Shown: piece by piece, positions 46,379 through 56,064 of the stretch
How positions within the stretch are numbered: position 1 is the stretch's first letter
How the letters are laid out: each line of letters starts with the position of its first letter
Origin: Dehalococcoidia bacterium
GTDB taxonomy: Bacteria; Chloroflexota; Dehalococcoidia; Bin125
Assembly: GCA_963663895.2 (NCBI GenBank)
Contig: CAXXRD010000005.1
Location: forward strand, 189,859-253,858
Direction: 5' to 3'
Length of the DNA: 64,000 bases
Made by a program: the position numbers and the translations under genes
The notes under the pieces: model-generated
What the model was told of the DNA's origin: nothing
The model's database searches: none
The model's input: only the letters and a program-made list of their open reading frames with translations

Positions 46379-47308
46379 TTGCCTAGTATCTTGAGACGGA
46401 AGACCAAGGAATCGGCGCCGGCCGAAGCTGAGAAGACGAGCGCGGAGCCTGCTCGGAAACGTGCCAGCTCCAGCGGACGGAGTCGTAGCGCACGCTCACG
46501 AGCGAGTGCGAGCACCACTGCCGCGACCAAGACGGCTGTAAAGACGACAAAGACGACGGCGGCAACGAGAGGCCGCCGCAGTCCGCGATCATCCAAGTCC
46601 GCGGCACGCGGCGGTGAGAACGGGCGGGAGGTGGCCGCCGAGGCCGTCGAGCCGAACCTTACGGCCTTGTTGACTCGACAGAACGCGCTTCTCGAATCGC
46701 TCATCGGAGTACAGGAGCGAAATAGCGCCCTCCTTGCGGACCTCGCCGGTCGCGTCTCGTCCAGCCGCGAGCCAGGCGGCATCGCGCCGGCTGAGTTAAC
46801 CGTCGGGCTACGGCCGCGACTCGCCGTCTTCGTCGACGTGCCCAACATCCTTTACGCAGCGGAGCGGTCCGGTATCGAGCTGGACTGGGGAAAGATTGCG
46901 AATTTCCTGAGCGAAGGCCGCACGTTGGTGCGCGCCATGGCTTACGCGCCCATCTCCGATGACCCGAACGCGCGTGTGGAGAACGAGCGCTTTGTCGTGC
47001 CCTTCGTCGATCACGGCTACCGCATCGTCACCAAGCCGCTGAAGCGCTTCAGCGGCGGCGGGGTCAAGGCCAACTTCGACGTGGAGCTCGCACTCGATAT
47101 TCTCACGTTGGCCGATCGCTTGGATGTCGTCGCGTTGGTGTCCGGCGATGGCGATTTCCGCCGCTTGGTCGAGATCGTCGCGAGTCGGGGGGTACGGGTG
47201 GAAGTGGTGGCCTTCGGGCAGAGCACGGCCGCGGACTTGCGTGCTGTCGCCGATCGCTACATCGACATCGCTGCCTACGTGCCGGAGTTCAGCGCCAGCC
47301 CGAAGTAA
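46379..47308 (+). CDS. NYN (LabA/DUF88) domain protein with basic low-complexity N-terminus
   Basis: VFVDVPNI, KANFDVELALD, LVSGDGDF, GVRVEV. Confidence 0.88.
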   Translation: MPSILRRKTKESAPAEAEKTSAEPARKRASSSGRSRSARSRASASTTAATKTAVKTTKTTAATRGRRSPRSSKSAARGGENGREVAAEAVEPNLTALLTRQNALLESLIGVQERNSALLADLAGRVSSSREPGGIAPAELTVGLRPRLAVFVDVPNILYAAERSGIELDWGKIANFLSEGRTLVRAMAYAPISDDPNARVENERFVVPFVDHGYRIVTKPLKRFSGGGVKANFDVELALDILTLADRLDVVALVSGDGDFRRLVEIVASRGVRVEVVAFGQSTAADLRAVADRYIDIAAYVPEFSASPK

Positions 47309-47340
47309 TCGCCCCGCAGGCGCTGCAGTCCGTTGATCTG

Positions 47341-48189
47341 CTAAATCGGGCGGAAAACGCGCTGGCCGTTGCGCCGCTCGGCGTAACCGAGGCCCGGATA
47401 GGGAAAATGCCCGCTGGCGATCAGCGCGCCCTCGCGCTCCGCGTTCCGGAACAGTTCGTCTCGTCCGCTCGCCGATTGTTCCTTGTCAATGTCGACCCAC
47501 AGGGACCAGTCGGGCCGGTTCACTTGCGCGGGTGAGTGGGCGGCGTCGCCGAGGATATAGACGCGTTCCCCTTCACTGGCGAGCACGTAGGAGACGTGCC
47601 CCACGGTATGGCCACGGGTGGGAATGCTGCTGACGTGCGCCGTGGCGGTATAGTCACCGTCGAACAGCTCGAGCTGGCCCGACCGCTCGATCGGATCGAG
47701 CACTTGGTCGTAGAACGCGATTCCTCTCCGCGCATCGGTCGCGGTCCAGAACTCCCATTCCGCCCGCTGGACGACATGTTTGGCGTTGGGGAAGTGCGGC
47801 ACGTTGGCGCCGTCCTGCTCCAGCGTGTTCCAGCCGGTGTGGTCGAAGTGCAGATGCGTGTGGACGACCAGGTCGATATCCGCGGGCTGCACGCCCACTT
47901 TGGCCAGCAGCATGGGGAACGCCGGCGGTACTTCGATCGGCAGGCGCGCGGTCTGCGCGTCGCGGAAGCCGATGCCGCTGTCGACGAGGATGGTTTTTCC
48001 CTCGCTGCGAATCAGCCAGATGCCCAAGTTCATCGTGAAGAGGCCGTCGGTGTCGAGGAGCTGCCGGAAGGGTTGCCACTCCTCAAGGGTCGACATCGGA
48101 AACGACTCGATCGGATCGCGACGCGCCCAAGTCTCTTGGAGCGCGATCAGCTCCGTCGCCCCGATCACAAGCTTGCGGAAGTTACTCAC
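47341..48189 (-). CDS. MBL-fold metallo-hydrolase
   Basis: LVDSGIG, THLHFDHTGWN, GHTVGH, GDAAH, GHFP. Confidence 0.9.
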   Translation of the reverse strand: MSNFRKLVIGATELIALQETWARRDPIESFPMSTLEEWQPFRQLLDTDGLFTMNLGIWLIRSEGKTILVDSGIGFRDAQTARLPIEVPPAFPMLLAKVGVQPADIDLVVHTHLHFDHTGWNTLEQDGANVPHFPNAKHVVQRAEWEFWTATDARRGIAFYDQVLDPIERSGQLELFDGDYTATAHVSSIPTRGHTVGHVSYVLASEGERVYILGDAAHSPAQVNRPDWSLWVDIDKEQSASGRDELFRNAEREGALIASGHFPYPGLGYAERRNGQRVFRPI

Positions 48190-48203
48190 AGCGGGGACGC
48201 GGG

Positions 48204-49034
48204 TTACGTGACCGGTACGAAGCGGCGCCTGCCGCCTTCGCGTTTGGCGTGGCCGAAGCCCGGATGGGGGAAGTGATTCACTGCCATCAGCGCTCCCTCC
48301 TGCTCGATCCGATCGAGGATGCGGTGACGGCTCATGCCAGAGTCACTGGGTTCGACGTCGAAGCCGCACGGCCAATCCGTCATGGTGACTTGAGCGGGGT
48401 GGTGCGCGGCATCCCCCAGGATATACGCGCGCGCGCCCCCGCTCGCGACCGCGAAGCCGACGTGCCCCGGCGTGTGGCCGGGAAGGGGCACCGTGACGAT
48501 TTCGCTATTCACCACGTGCTCGCCCTCGACTAAGTCGAGGAGTCCAGCCTCCTCGATCGGCAGCAAGTTCGTCGGCGCCTGTCCGAGCTCCAGGTTCTCG
48601 TCCTTGATCCAGAAATCCCAATCCTTCTGCTGCATCACGTGCCGGGCGTTCGGGAAGAGGGGGGTGGGCTTCCCGCCCTCGTCGACTGTGTTCCAACCGG
48701 TGTGGTCGAAGTGCAGGTGAGTGAAGAGCACCAGGTCGATATCGGTCGGCTTGACCGAGAGTTCAGCCAGAATGGCCGGTAAGGAGGGCGTCTCCAGGAT
48801 CGGGAACTCGGTAGGGCGTCCCCCAAAGCCCGTGTCGACGAGCATCGTCTGGCCTTGACTGTGCAGCAGCCAGCAAGCCGAGTTGAGCGTGATGCGCCCC
48901 TCTTCGTCGAGGAACTCGCCGAAAGCGCTCCAGTCTGTGTCGGGGAAGACATCGGTTGGAGGGAGCTTCATCCAGGTGTCTTGGAGACAGTGGATCTCGA
49001 CATTGCCGACTCGCTGCTTTTGGTGCTTGCCCAT
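48204..49034 (-). CDS. MBL-fold metallo-hydrolase (tandem paralog)
   Basis: LVDTGFG, THLHFDHTGWN, PGHTPGH, GDAAHH, HFP. Confidence 0.9.
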   Translation of the reverse strand: MGKHQKQRVGNVEIHCLQDTWMKLPPTDVFPDTDWSAFGEFLDEEGRITLNSACWLLHSQGQTMLVDTGFGGRPTEFPILETPSLPAILAELSVKPTDIDLVLFTHLHFDHTGWNTVDEGGKPTPLFPNARHVMQQKDWDFWIKDENLELGQAPTNLLPIEEAGLLDLVEGEHVVNSEIVTVPLPGHTPGHVGFAVASGGARAYILGDAAHHPAQVTMTDWPCGFDVEPSDSGMSRHRILDRIEQEGALMAVNHFPHPGFGHAKREGGRRRFVPVT

Positions 49035-49171
49035 GTGGACCCTCCTCAGCCTTGGTCACGCTTCTTGCGGCGGCGCGCGGCGCGCGCGGCCTTGAGCCGG
49101 GCGCGTGCGAGGGTAGCGTATTCGGGCGTCGATTCGACCAGCATCCAGTCGCGACCGTGGAGATGGCGATG

Positions 49172-50512
49172 CTAGCCGACCTCGCCACTCTTCAACTCGT
49201 CGATCCAATGGCGGAGTATCTGGACACGACGCTTGGCAGTGTCCTCGGCGAGACCAAACCACTCGCCAAGCTTGCTCGCGAATGCCTTCTCGTCGGAGAT
49301 TCCAGCTTCAAGACTTATATCCAAATCGTCCGCGACGAACCCGAAATGACTGTCCTTGATGTCTTCCCAGATTCGTTGTCGAAGTGAGGCGCCGGAGGCA
49401 TTTGAGATCGTTTCGCCTCGTTCGGTCAGAACGAACGAACCGTTGCTGAGCCTAACCCAGCCGAGCACCATCGCAGCGTCGGCGTAATAGGCTCCTTGGC
49501 GCGGAGTGTAGTTATTCTTCTCGTCCGAGCTTAGTCGCTTACCGATGGCCGTCCGGGTATTCGTGCCTTCACGCACGCTCTCGATCACCTCAAGGACAAG
49601 GCTCAGTCGATCGGCTTGAGGAACTGGTGCGTCAAGAGCGTCAATCTTCTGTTCGCTCAATGGCTGTGCCTTCAATTCAGCCCAGCGATGCAACGCACCA
49701 GATGGGTTGCGCTTCTCGTCCCTTACGTTCTCTTGGGCAATAGCATGATATTTCGGGTTTTTCTCTATCAAAAGGTACTCGCGTCCGCGTCGGATCGCAG
49801 CCTGTCCCAGTGCACCGGTACCAGCAAATGGGTCTAAGACAAGGTCACCCCGCTTGGTGAACAGGGAGATTAGAGTTTCAACAAGCTTCACGGGCTTTTG
49901 GGAGGGATGCCGCCCAGTTCGCTTCTCCTTTGGGCTGGCGACCGGATTGGCAATCGTGATGGTGGGGAGGCCGTTGATCCTGGTTGGCAGCAGGTTCCTA
50001 TGCTGTTTATCGCCACTGAGCTCTTTGGCCTTCCAGTAGTTGAATGTCCAGCCGGTCGCCTTGCCCCGGCCAGAGGGCGTGCCGTTGACCGCCCAGATGA
50101 GCTGCTCGGTGCTCTCAGTCAGCATGCGCGCCGTGATATTGGGCTGGGCGTTGGGCTTATACCAGACGATCGAGTTGAGGATGCGGCGGTGGAGTCCACT
50201 CTGCAGGATGAAGCCAAGCTGGTAGATGTTGTGGTAGGTGCCGAAGACGATGATGTTGCCGTTGGGCTTCACAACGCGGCAAACCTCGCGCAGCCACTCC
50301 ACGTTGAAGCGGAAGAAGTCATCGTTCTCAAACTGGTCCCAGGCCTCTTGCATGGTCACGTGCGAGGAGAAAGCCCACCCTAGGCCCTTCTTCTTGCTCA
50401 TGTTGAAGGGCGGGTCGGCGATGCAGTGATCGATGCAAGCCTCGGGCCACTCGCGCATGACGGCGAGCGCGTCGCCGCGGATCACGCGGTTCGGCTGGGG
50501 AGGCTTGGTCAT
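49172..50512 (-). CDS. Beta-class amino-DNA methyltransferase (DpnA/CcrM-like) with extra C-terminal domain
   Basis: ADPPF (motif IV) before HPSQKP and DPFAGTG (motif I); C-terminal VPQAD...RQGAYYADAAMVLGW domain. Confidence 0.88.
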   Translation of the reverse strand: MTKPPQPNRVIRGDALAVMREWPEACIDHCIADPPFNMSKKKGLGWAFSSHVTMQEAWDQFENDDFFRFNVEWLREVCRVVKPNGNIIVFGTYHNIYQLGFILQSGLHRRILNSIVWYKPNAQPNITARMLTESTEQLIWAVNGTPSGRGKATGWTFNYWKAKELSGDKQHRNLLPTRINGLPTITIANPVASPKEKRTGRHPSQKPVKLVETLISLFTKRGDLVLDPFAGTGALGQAAIRRGREYLLIEKNPKYHAIAQENVRDEKRNPSGALHRWAELKAQPLSEQKIDALDAPVPQADRLSLVLEVIESVREGTNTRTAIGKRLSSDEKNNYTPRQGAYYADAAMVLGWVRLSNGSFVLTERGETISNASGASLRQRIWEDIKDSHFGFVADDLDISLEAGISDEKAFASKLGEWFGLAEDTAKRRVQILRHWIDELKSGEVG

Positions 50513-50577
50513 GGCCCTATTTGATCACGCGGCCCCGATCGATGGAAGAGGCGGACCGTTGATTGCGAGTGCCACTC

Positions 50578-51351
50578 TTAGAAAACATCGAACAACTCGA
50601 AGCGCGGCCCGTCCTTGCAGCAGAGCCGGACGCCTTTGCGGGTGAAAACGGCGCAGCCGTAGCAAATTCCCGTGCCGCAGGCCATCTCCGTCTCCATCAA
50701 GATCTGCACCGAGCGGCGCATCCCCTCACGGCGCACGATGTCGGCCATGGCGCGGAACATCGGTACGGGTCCGCAGGCCAACGTTTGATCCGCCCAGGGG
50801 AGGTACTGGGAGACGAGATCGGTGACCAAGCCCTTCTTGCCGAGTGAGCCGTCCTCCGTCGCGACGGCGTACTCCACCTCCGGCGGCAGCAGCGTTGCAG
50901 GGAACACTTGCTGCGCGGTCCGCGCGCCGCAGCACACCACGATGGTCTGTCCCTTGGCGAGTTCTTGGTCCGCGAGGGCGACCAACGGCGCCATGCCCAC
51001 GCCGCCACCGGCGAGAAGCAGGTTGCGCGTTCCCGGCCGTACCTGGAAACCGTGGCCGAGTGGGCCTGTCATGCGCAACTGATCGTTGCGCTGCTGGGCG
51101 GCCATCAGCGTCGTGGTTTCACCGACGACCGTGTAGAGCAGCGCGAACGCGCGGCTCTTCCCTTCGCCGCGGAAGCGATAGAACGAGAAGGCACGCGGGA
51201 GGAAAGGGTCGAGCCCGTCGCGTGGCTGCACCATCACGAACTGACCCGGATACGCGGATTGGCAGAATTCGTTGCCCTCGTACCAAGTGACAAACGTGCC
51301 CGGGTAGATCTCGTCGGTGTCGATGACGCGTGCGAGTCCGTGATGGATCAC
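50578..51351 (-). CDS. pyrK: Dihydroorotate dehydrogenase electron-transfer subunit
   Basis: PGQFVM, GPLGHGF, GGGVGMAP, CGP, MACGTGICYGC...C.DGP. Confidence 0.94.
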   Translation of the reverse strand: MIHHGLARVIDTDEIYPGTFVTWYEGNEFCQSAYPGQFVMVQPRDGLDPFLPRAFSFYRFRGEGKSRAFALLYTVVGETTTLMAAQQRNDQLRMTGPLGHGFQVRPGTRNLLLAGGGVGMAPLVALADQELAKGQTIVVCCGARTAQQVFPATLLPPEVEYAVATEDGSLGKKGLVTDLVSQYLPWADQTLACGPVPMFRAMADIVRREGMRRSVQILMETEMACGTGICYGCAVFTRKGVRLCCKDGPRFELFDVF

Positions 51352-51357
51352 GAGCGT

Positions 51358-54300
51358 TCAGGTTCCAGAGCGCCCCACGCTGCTGACATGCGGACGTCTC
51401 CTTGTGTAATCGCCGAGGGGGAGAACGCTGTAGTCGCCGCGATGGGTCATCATTGCCGTAACCGCATGAGCGGCGGTGTCGATGCTCGTGAAGCACGGGA
51501 TCCGCTCTTCGGCGGCGGCGCGCCGGATCTCAAAGCCGTCCCGCAGCGGCGCACGCTGTCCCTCCGGTGTGTTGACGATGAAATTCACCGTCTTGTTGCG
51601 GATCACGTCGACGACGTTGGGCCCCACGCCCTCCTGCAGCCGCGGCACTACAGTCGCCTGGAAGCCCAGCCCCTTCACCAAGTCGGCTGTGCCGGCCGTA
51701 GCGAAGATGGCGTAGTCTGCGGTGCCGAGGTTGCGGATCATCGGGATCGCGGCAGGCTTGTCGCGATCGGCGATGCTGAGCAGCGCGGCACCCTCGGGCG
51801 GCAGCGCCGCGTCAGCGGCGAGCAGGGCTTTGGCCAATGCGCGCTCGTAGGTGTGGTCGATTCCCATTACCTCGCCCGTCGACTTCATCTCCGGGCCGAG
51901 ATAGGTGTCGACGCCGGTCAGCTTGGACATGCTGAAGACGGGCGCCTTGATCGCGACCAAGTCGCGCGCCGGCCAGAGGCCCGGCGCGTACCCGAGGTCG
52001 GCCAGCGATCGCCCCAGCATGATGTCGATGGCAACCTGCACCATGGGCACCGTCGTGACCTTGCTGAGGAACGGCACCGTGCGGCTGGAGCGAGGGTTGA
52101 CTTCCAGGACGTAGACGTTGCTCTGATCACTTTCCGCTTTGGCGTCTCGCATGATCACGAACTGGATATTCATCAGGCCGCGGACGTTAAGAGCCGCCCC
52201 GATGCGCTCCGTAAAATCGACGATCGTCTCGATCTCATGGGGATGCAAGCTGGGCGCCGGATAGACGGCCATGGAGTCACCGGAGTGCACGCCCGCCCGC
52301 TCGACATGCTCCATAATCCCAGGGATGAGGATCTGCTTTCCGTCACAGATCGCGTCTACTTCCACTTCCAACCCCGCAAGGTATTTGTCGATGAGCACCG
52401 GTTTATCCGGCGATGACTCCAGCGCGTGGTTCATATAGCGAGCGAGTTCGCCCGCGTGCTGGACGATCTCCATCGCCCGTCCCCCGAGCACGTACGAGGG
52501 GCGCACCAACACGGGGTAGCCTAAGGACTGCGCCGCCACCACAGCATCCTCCACGGATCGCACGGCGGTTCCCGGGGGCTGTGGAATTCCGAGCTCCGCC
52601 AGGAAGGCTTCGAAGCGCTTGCGGTCCTCCGCACGATCGATCGCCTCGGCGGATGAGCCGAAGATCGGGAGCGCCGCAACGCTGAGGGGCACGGCGAGGT
52701 TGATCGCCGTCTGTCCGCCGAACTGGAGGATGCTGGGTATGGCCGTGTCGGGATCGCGGCGCTCGTTGTCTAGGATGTTGCGGACGCTTTCCTCGTCGAG
52801 CGGCTCGAAATAGAGCCGGTCGGACGTATCGAAGTCCGTGGAGACCGTTTCGGGGTTGCTGTTGGCCAGGATGGCGGCATAGCCGGCGCGCTGTAGGGCT
52901 TGTGCCGCCTTGACGGAACAGTAGTCGAACTCGATCCCTTGACCGATCCGAATCGGACCGCTGCCCACGACAAGGACGCCAGCGCCCTCCTGCGGCAGCG
53001 CTTCGTTCTCCTCGTCGTATGAGGAATAGAAGTACGGCGTTCCGGCGTCGAACTCGGCTGCGCAGGTGTCGACCATCTTGTAGACGGGAAGGATTTCCCA
53101 GTCGAGGCGCTGCTGGCGGACTTTGTCCGTCACCGAGCCGGCGAGGTTGGCGATCTGCTCGTCACTAAAACCGGCACGTTTCGCCTCGCGCATCAGTTCA
53201 GGAGCCAGCGGTTCACTTAGCAGCCGTTGCTCTAGCTCGATCAACTCCAGTAACTGGTCCAAGAACCAGGGGTCGACGTGGGTCTCCTGCGCCAGCGCGA
53301 TCGGATCGGGGCGCCGACGCAGGGCGGCGGCAAGCTGCCAAAGCCGGTTGTCGGTTGGGCGGATGGCGGCTGCAGCAGGGTCCTGGCTAGAGTGGTCTTC
53401 CCAGAGCAGGCTGCGACCGCCGATTTCCAAGGACCGCACCGCTTTCTGCAGCGCCGCCGGGAAAGTGCGGTCGATCGCCATGACCTCGCCGGTTGCTTTC
53501 ATCTGCGTTCCGAGTGTGCGGTCACCGGCGCCGAATTTGTCAAAGGGCCAGCGCGGAATCTTCACGACGCAGTAGTCGAGTGCAGGCTCGAAAGCGGCCG
53601 TCGTCCTGCCGGTGACGGCGTTGCGGATCTCATCGAGTCGCTTGCCGACCGCGATCTTGGCCGCCACGCGTGCGATCGGATAGCCGGTTGCCTTGCTCGC
53701 CAGCGCCGATGAGCGACTGACGCGCGGATTCACCTCGATCACGTGGTAGGGGAGGGAGCCGTCGTCCGCCCCTTCCCGATCCCATTCGACAACGTCGGAG
53801 CGGGGAGCCAGCGCGAATTGTACGTTGCAGCCGCCCTCAATCCCGAGCGCGCGGATGATGCGGAGCGCGGCGGATCGGAGCTGCTGGTAATCCTTGTCCG
53901 ACAACGTCTGGCTGGGCGCTACCACGATGGAATCGCCGGTATGCACCCCCATCGGGTCGAGATTCTCCATGTTGCAGACGGTGATGCAGGTGTCGGCGGC
54001 GTCGCGCATCACCTCGTATTCGATCTCTTTCCAGCCCAGCAGCGAGCGTTCGATGAGCACTTGGTCGATCGGGCTGGCGGCGATGCCGGTACGCACGAGC
54101 GTCTCGAACTCGGCTTCGTCATGCGCGACGCCGCCACCGGTTCCGCCCAGGGTGTAGGCGGGGCGGATCACTGCAGGGAGCCCGATGACGGGCAGCGCCT
54201 CGATCGCTTGATCCAGGGTGGTGACCGTGCGACTTGGTGGCGAGGGCTCGCCGATCTGGGCCAGGATCGTCTTGAAGCGCTCGCGGTCCTCCGCGTCCTT

Positions 54301-54687
54301 AATCGTCTCCAGCGGCGTACCCAGCAATCGCACGTTGTGCTGCGCCAGCACGCCGGCATCGGCGAGCGCGACGGCGAGGTTGAGAGCGGTCTGACCGCCG
54401 AGCGTTGGGAGCAGGCCGTCCGGTTTCTCGCGCTTGATGATCCGCGTCAGCACATCGACCGTGAGCGGCTCGATGTACACGATGTCCGCCACGCCTTCGT
54501 CGGTCATGATCGTGGCGGGGTTGGAGTTGACGAGGACGGAGGTCACGCCTTCTTCGCGCATCGCCTTGCAGGCCTGCGTGCCGGCGTAGTCGAATTCGGC
54601 GGCCTGCCCGATCACGATCGGGCCACTGCCGATCACCAGCACCTTCTCCGGCTTGCGCGGGCGCGTTGAAGCGCGCGGCTCAGCCAT
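51358..54687 (-). CDS. carB: Carbamoyl-phosphate synthase large subunit
   Basis: [16 protein letters not shown], duplicated ATP-grasp (GVHTGDS/GVHSGDS), MGS domain. Confidence 0.98.
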   Translation of the reverse strand: MAEPRASTRPRKPEKVLVIGSGPIVIGQAAEFDYAGTQACKAMREEGVTSVLVNSNPATIMTDEGVADIVYIEPLTVDVLTRIIKREKPDGLLPTLGGQTALNLAVALADAGVLAQHNVRLLGTPLETIKDAEDRERFKTILAQIGEPSPPSRTVTTLDQAIEALPVIGLPAVIRPAYTLGGTGGGVAHDEAEFETLVRTGIAASPIDQVLIERSLLGWKEIEYEVMRDAADTCITVCNMENLDPMGVHTGDSIVVAPSQTLSDKDYQQLRSAALRIIRALGIEGGCNVQFALAPRSDVVEWDREGADDGSLPYHVIEVNPRVSRSSALASKATGYPIARVAAKIAVGKRLDEIRNAVTGRTTAAFEPALDYCVVKIPRWPFDKFGAGDRTLGTQMKATGEVMAIDRTFPAALQKAVRSLEIGGRSLLWEDHSSQDPAAAAIRPTDNRLWQLAAALRRRPDPIALAQETHVDPWFLDQLLELIELEQRLLSEPLAPELMREAKRAGFSDEQIANLAGSVTDKVRQQRLDWEILPVYKMVDTCAAEFDAGTPYFYSSYDEENEALPQEGAGVLVVGSGPIRIGQGIEFDYCSVKAAQALQRAGYAAILANSNPETVSTDFDTSDRLYFEPLDEESVRNILDNERRDPDTAIPSILQFGGQTAINLAVPLSVAALPIFGSSAEAIDRAEDRKRFEAFLAELGIPQPPGTAVRSVEDAVVAAQSLGYPVLVRPSYVLGGRAMEIVQHAGELARYMNHALESSPDKPVLIDKYLAGLEVEVDAICDGKQILIPGIMEHVERAGVHSGDSMAVYPAPSLHPHEIETIVDFTERIGAALNVRGLMNIQFVIMRDAKAESDQSNVYVLEVNPRSSRTVPFLSKVTTVPMVQVAIDIMLGRSLADLGYAPGLWPARDLVAIKAPVFSMSKLTGVDTYLGPEMKSTGEVMGIDHTYERALAKALLAADAALPPEGAALLSIADRDKPAAIPMIRNLGTADYAIFATAGTADLVKGLGFQATVVPRLQEGVGPNVVDVIRNKTVNFIVNTPEGQRAPLRDGFEIRRAAAEERIPCFTSIDTAAHAVTAMMTHRGDYSVLPLGDYTRRRPHVSSVGRSGT

Positions 54688-54961
54688 GGGGCGTGTCTCC
54701 GCTCTCACCGAGCGCGCCGTGTGACGATCCTGTCCCTTCGGCTGGGTCGGAGGTCAGCCAGCCGCGCCAGGTGGCGCCGAGGATCGCCATTCCCAGGGCC
54801 AGCGGCAGCGTGATCAGGGGGACAACCACTGTGAGCACCGCGCAGGTGGCGTCGCGGTCACCGCCCACGAAGCAGGCGACGCCAAAGCCGAGTGCGGTCA
54901 GCCCACCCCCGGCCGCGGCACCGAACAGCCCGAACAGGACGAGATCCGCGCGGGCGCTCAC
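54680..54961 (-). CDS. Small two-TM hypothetical protein between carA and carB
   Basis: Overlaps the carA stop (GTGA) and the carB start; two hydrophobic helices. Confidence 0.6.
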   Translation of the reverse strand: MSARADLVLFGLFGAAAGGGLTALGFGVACFVGGDRDATCAVLTVVVPLITLPLALGMAILGATWRGWLTSDPAEGTGSSHGALGESGDTPHG

Positions 54962-56064
54962 CCAGCTCCCTTTCGGACGAGGTCGAGGAAGTCGTCGAAG
55001 AGGTGGTTGTTGTCGAGCGGCCCGGGCGAGGCTTCCGAGTGATACTGGATCGAGATCACGGGGTATTCGTCATGCGTGATTCCCTCGACGGTATCGTCGT
55101 GGAGGTTGACGTGGCTGACGCGTGCTCCGCCGCGGAGTCCCTCCGGATCGACCGCGTAGCCGTGGTTTTGCACTGTGATCGAGACGCGCCCGCTCGCCAA
55201 CTCCCTTACGGGGTGGTTGCCGCCGCGGTGCCCGAACTTGAGCTTGAAGGTGTCGGCGCCCAATGCCCGGGCGATCAATTGGTGCCCCAAGCAGATCCCC
55301 ATGAGTGGGACCTGCCCGAGAAGCTGACGCGTGGTCTCGATCTGGGCGTCGCGGAGGGCGGGGTCGCCGGGTCCCGGGGAGAGCAGGACGCCCTCTGGTT
55401 TGATCGCCAGAATCTCTTGGGCGGAGGCAGCCACCGGCAGGACCGTGACCCGGCAGTCTCGCGCCTGCAAGTGGCGCAGAATGTTGTACTTCAGACCCTC
55501 ATCGAGAACCGCGATGTGGTAGCGGCCGTGCTCCTGCGCCGGATCGACGGGTCCGCCGCGCCAGCCGTATGGCTTGGACGTGCTCACGGAGTCGGCGAAG
55601 TCCTGGCTGTCGTAAGCGGGGAGATCGGCGAGGCGCGCACGGGCGCGCTCTACTCCGTCCAGATCCGTGACCACGCCTTGCATCACGCCGCGGGCGCGCA
55701 ATGCGCGCGTCAGCGCGCGCGTATCGACGCCGGACAGCCCGGGGATACCGGCGGCGAGCAGATACTCGTGCAGCGTGATCCCGCCGTGGGGGTGACTGGG
55801 GTTGCGGCAATCGCTGCGGACGATGAGCGCGCGCGGCTGCACGCGCGCGCTCTCGTCGATCGGCGGTTCCAGGCCATAGTTTCCGATGAGCGGGTAGGTC
55901 AGGGTTAGGACTTGGCCGGCGTAGGAAGGGTCGGTCAGCATCTCTTGATAGCCGGTCATCGCGGTGTTGAAGACGACCTCGCCCCAAGCGTCGCCGGCCG
56001 CGCCGATACGCTGTCCGAAGAAGACACGCCCGTCTTCGAGCACCAGTGCGGCGTCTCTGGTCAT
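54958..56064 (-). CDS. carA: Carbamoyl-phosphate synthase small subunit
   Basis: GEVVFNTAMTGYQE, SPGPGDP, GICLGHQ, QNHGYAV, QYHSEA. Confidence 0.97.
   Translation of the reverse strand: MTRDAALVLEDGRVFFGQRIGAAGDAWGEVVFNTAMTGYQEMLTDPSYAGQVLTLTYPLIGNYGLEPPIDESARVQPRALIVRSDCRNPSHPHGGITLHEYLLAAGIPGLSGVDTRALTRALRARGVMQGVVTDLDGVERARARLADLPAYDSQDFADSVSTSKPYGWRGGPVDPAQEHGRYHIAVLDEGLKYNILRHLQARDCRVTVLPVAASAQEILAIKPEGVLLSPGPGDPALRDAQIETTRQLLGQVPLMGICLGHQLIARALGADTFKLKFGHRGGNHPVRELASGRVSITVQNHGYAVDPEGLRGGARVSHVNLHDDTVEGITHDEYPVISIQYHSEASPGPLDNNHLFDDFLDLVRKGAG

Noticed and set aside
50908-52416. 502-aa plus-strand ORF
   Set aside because: Antisense shadow of carB/pyrK
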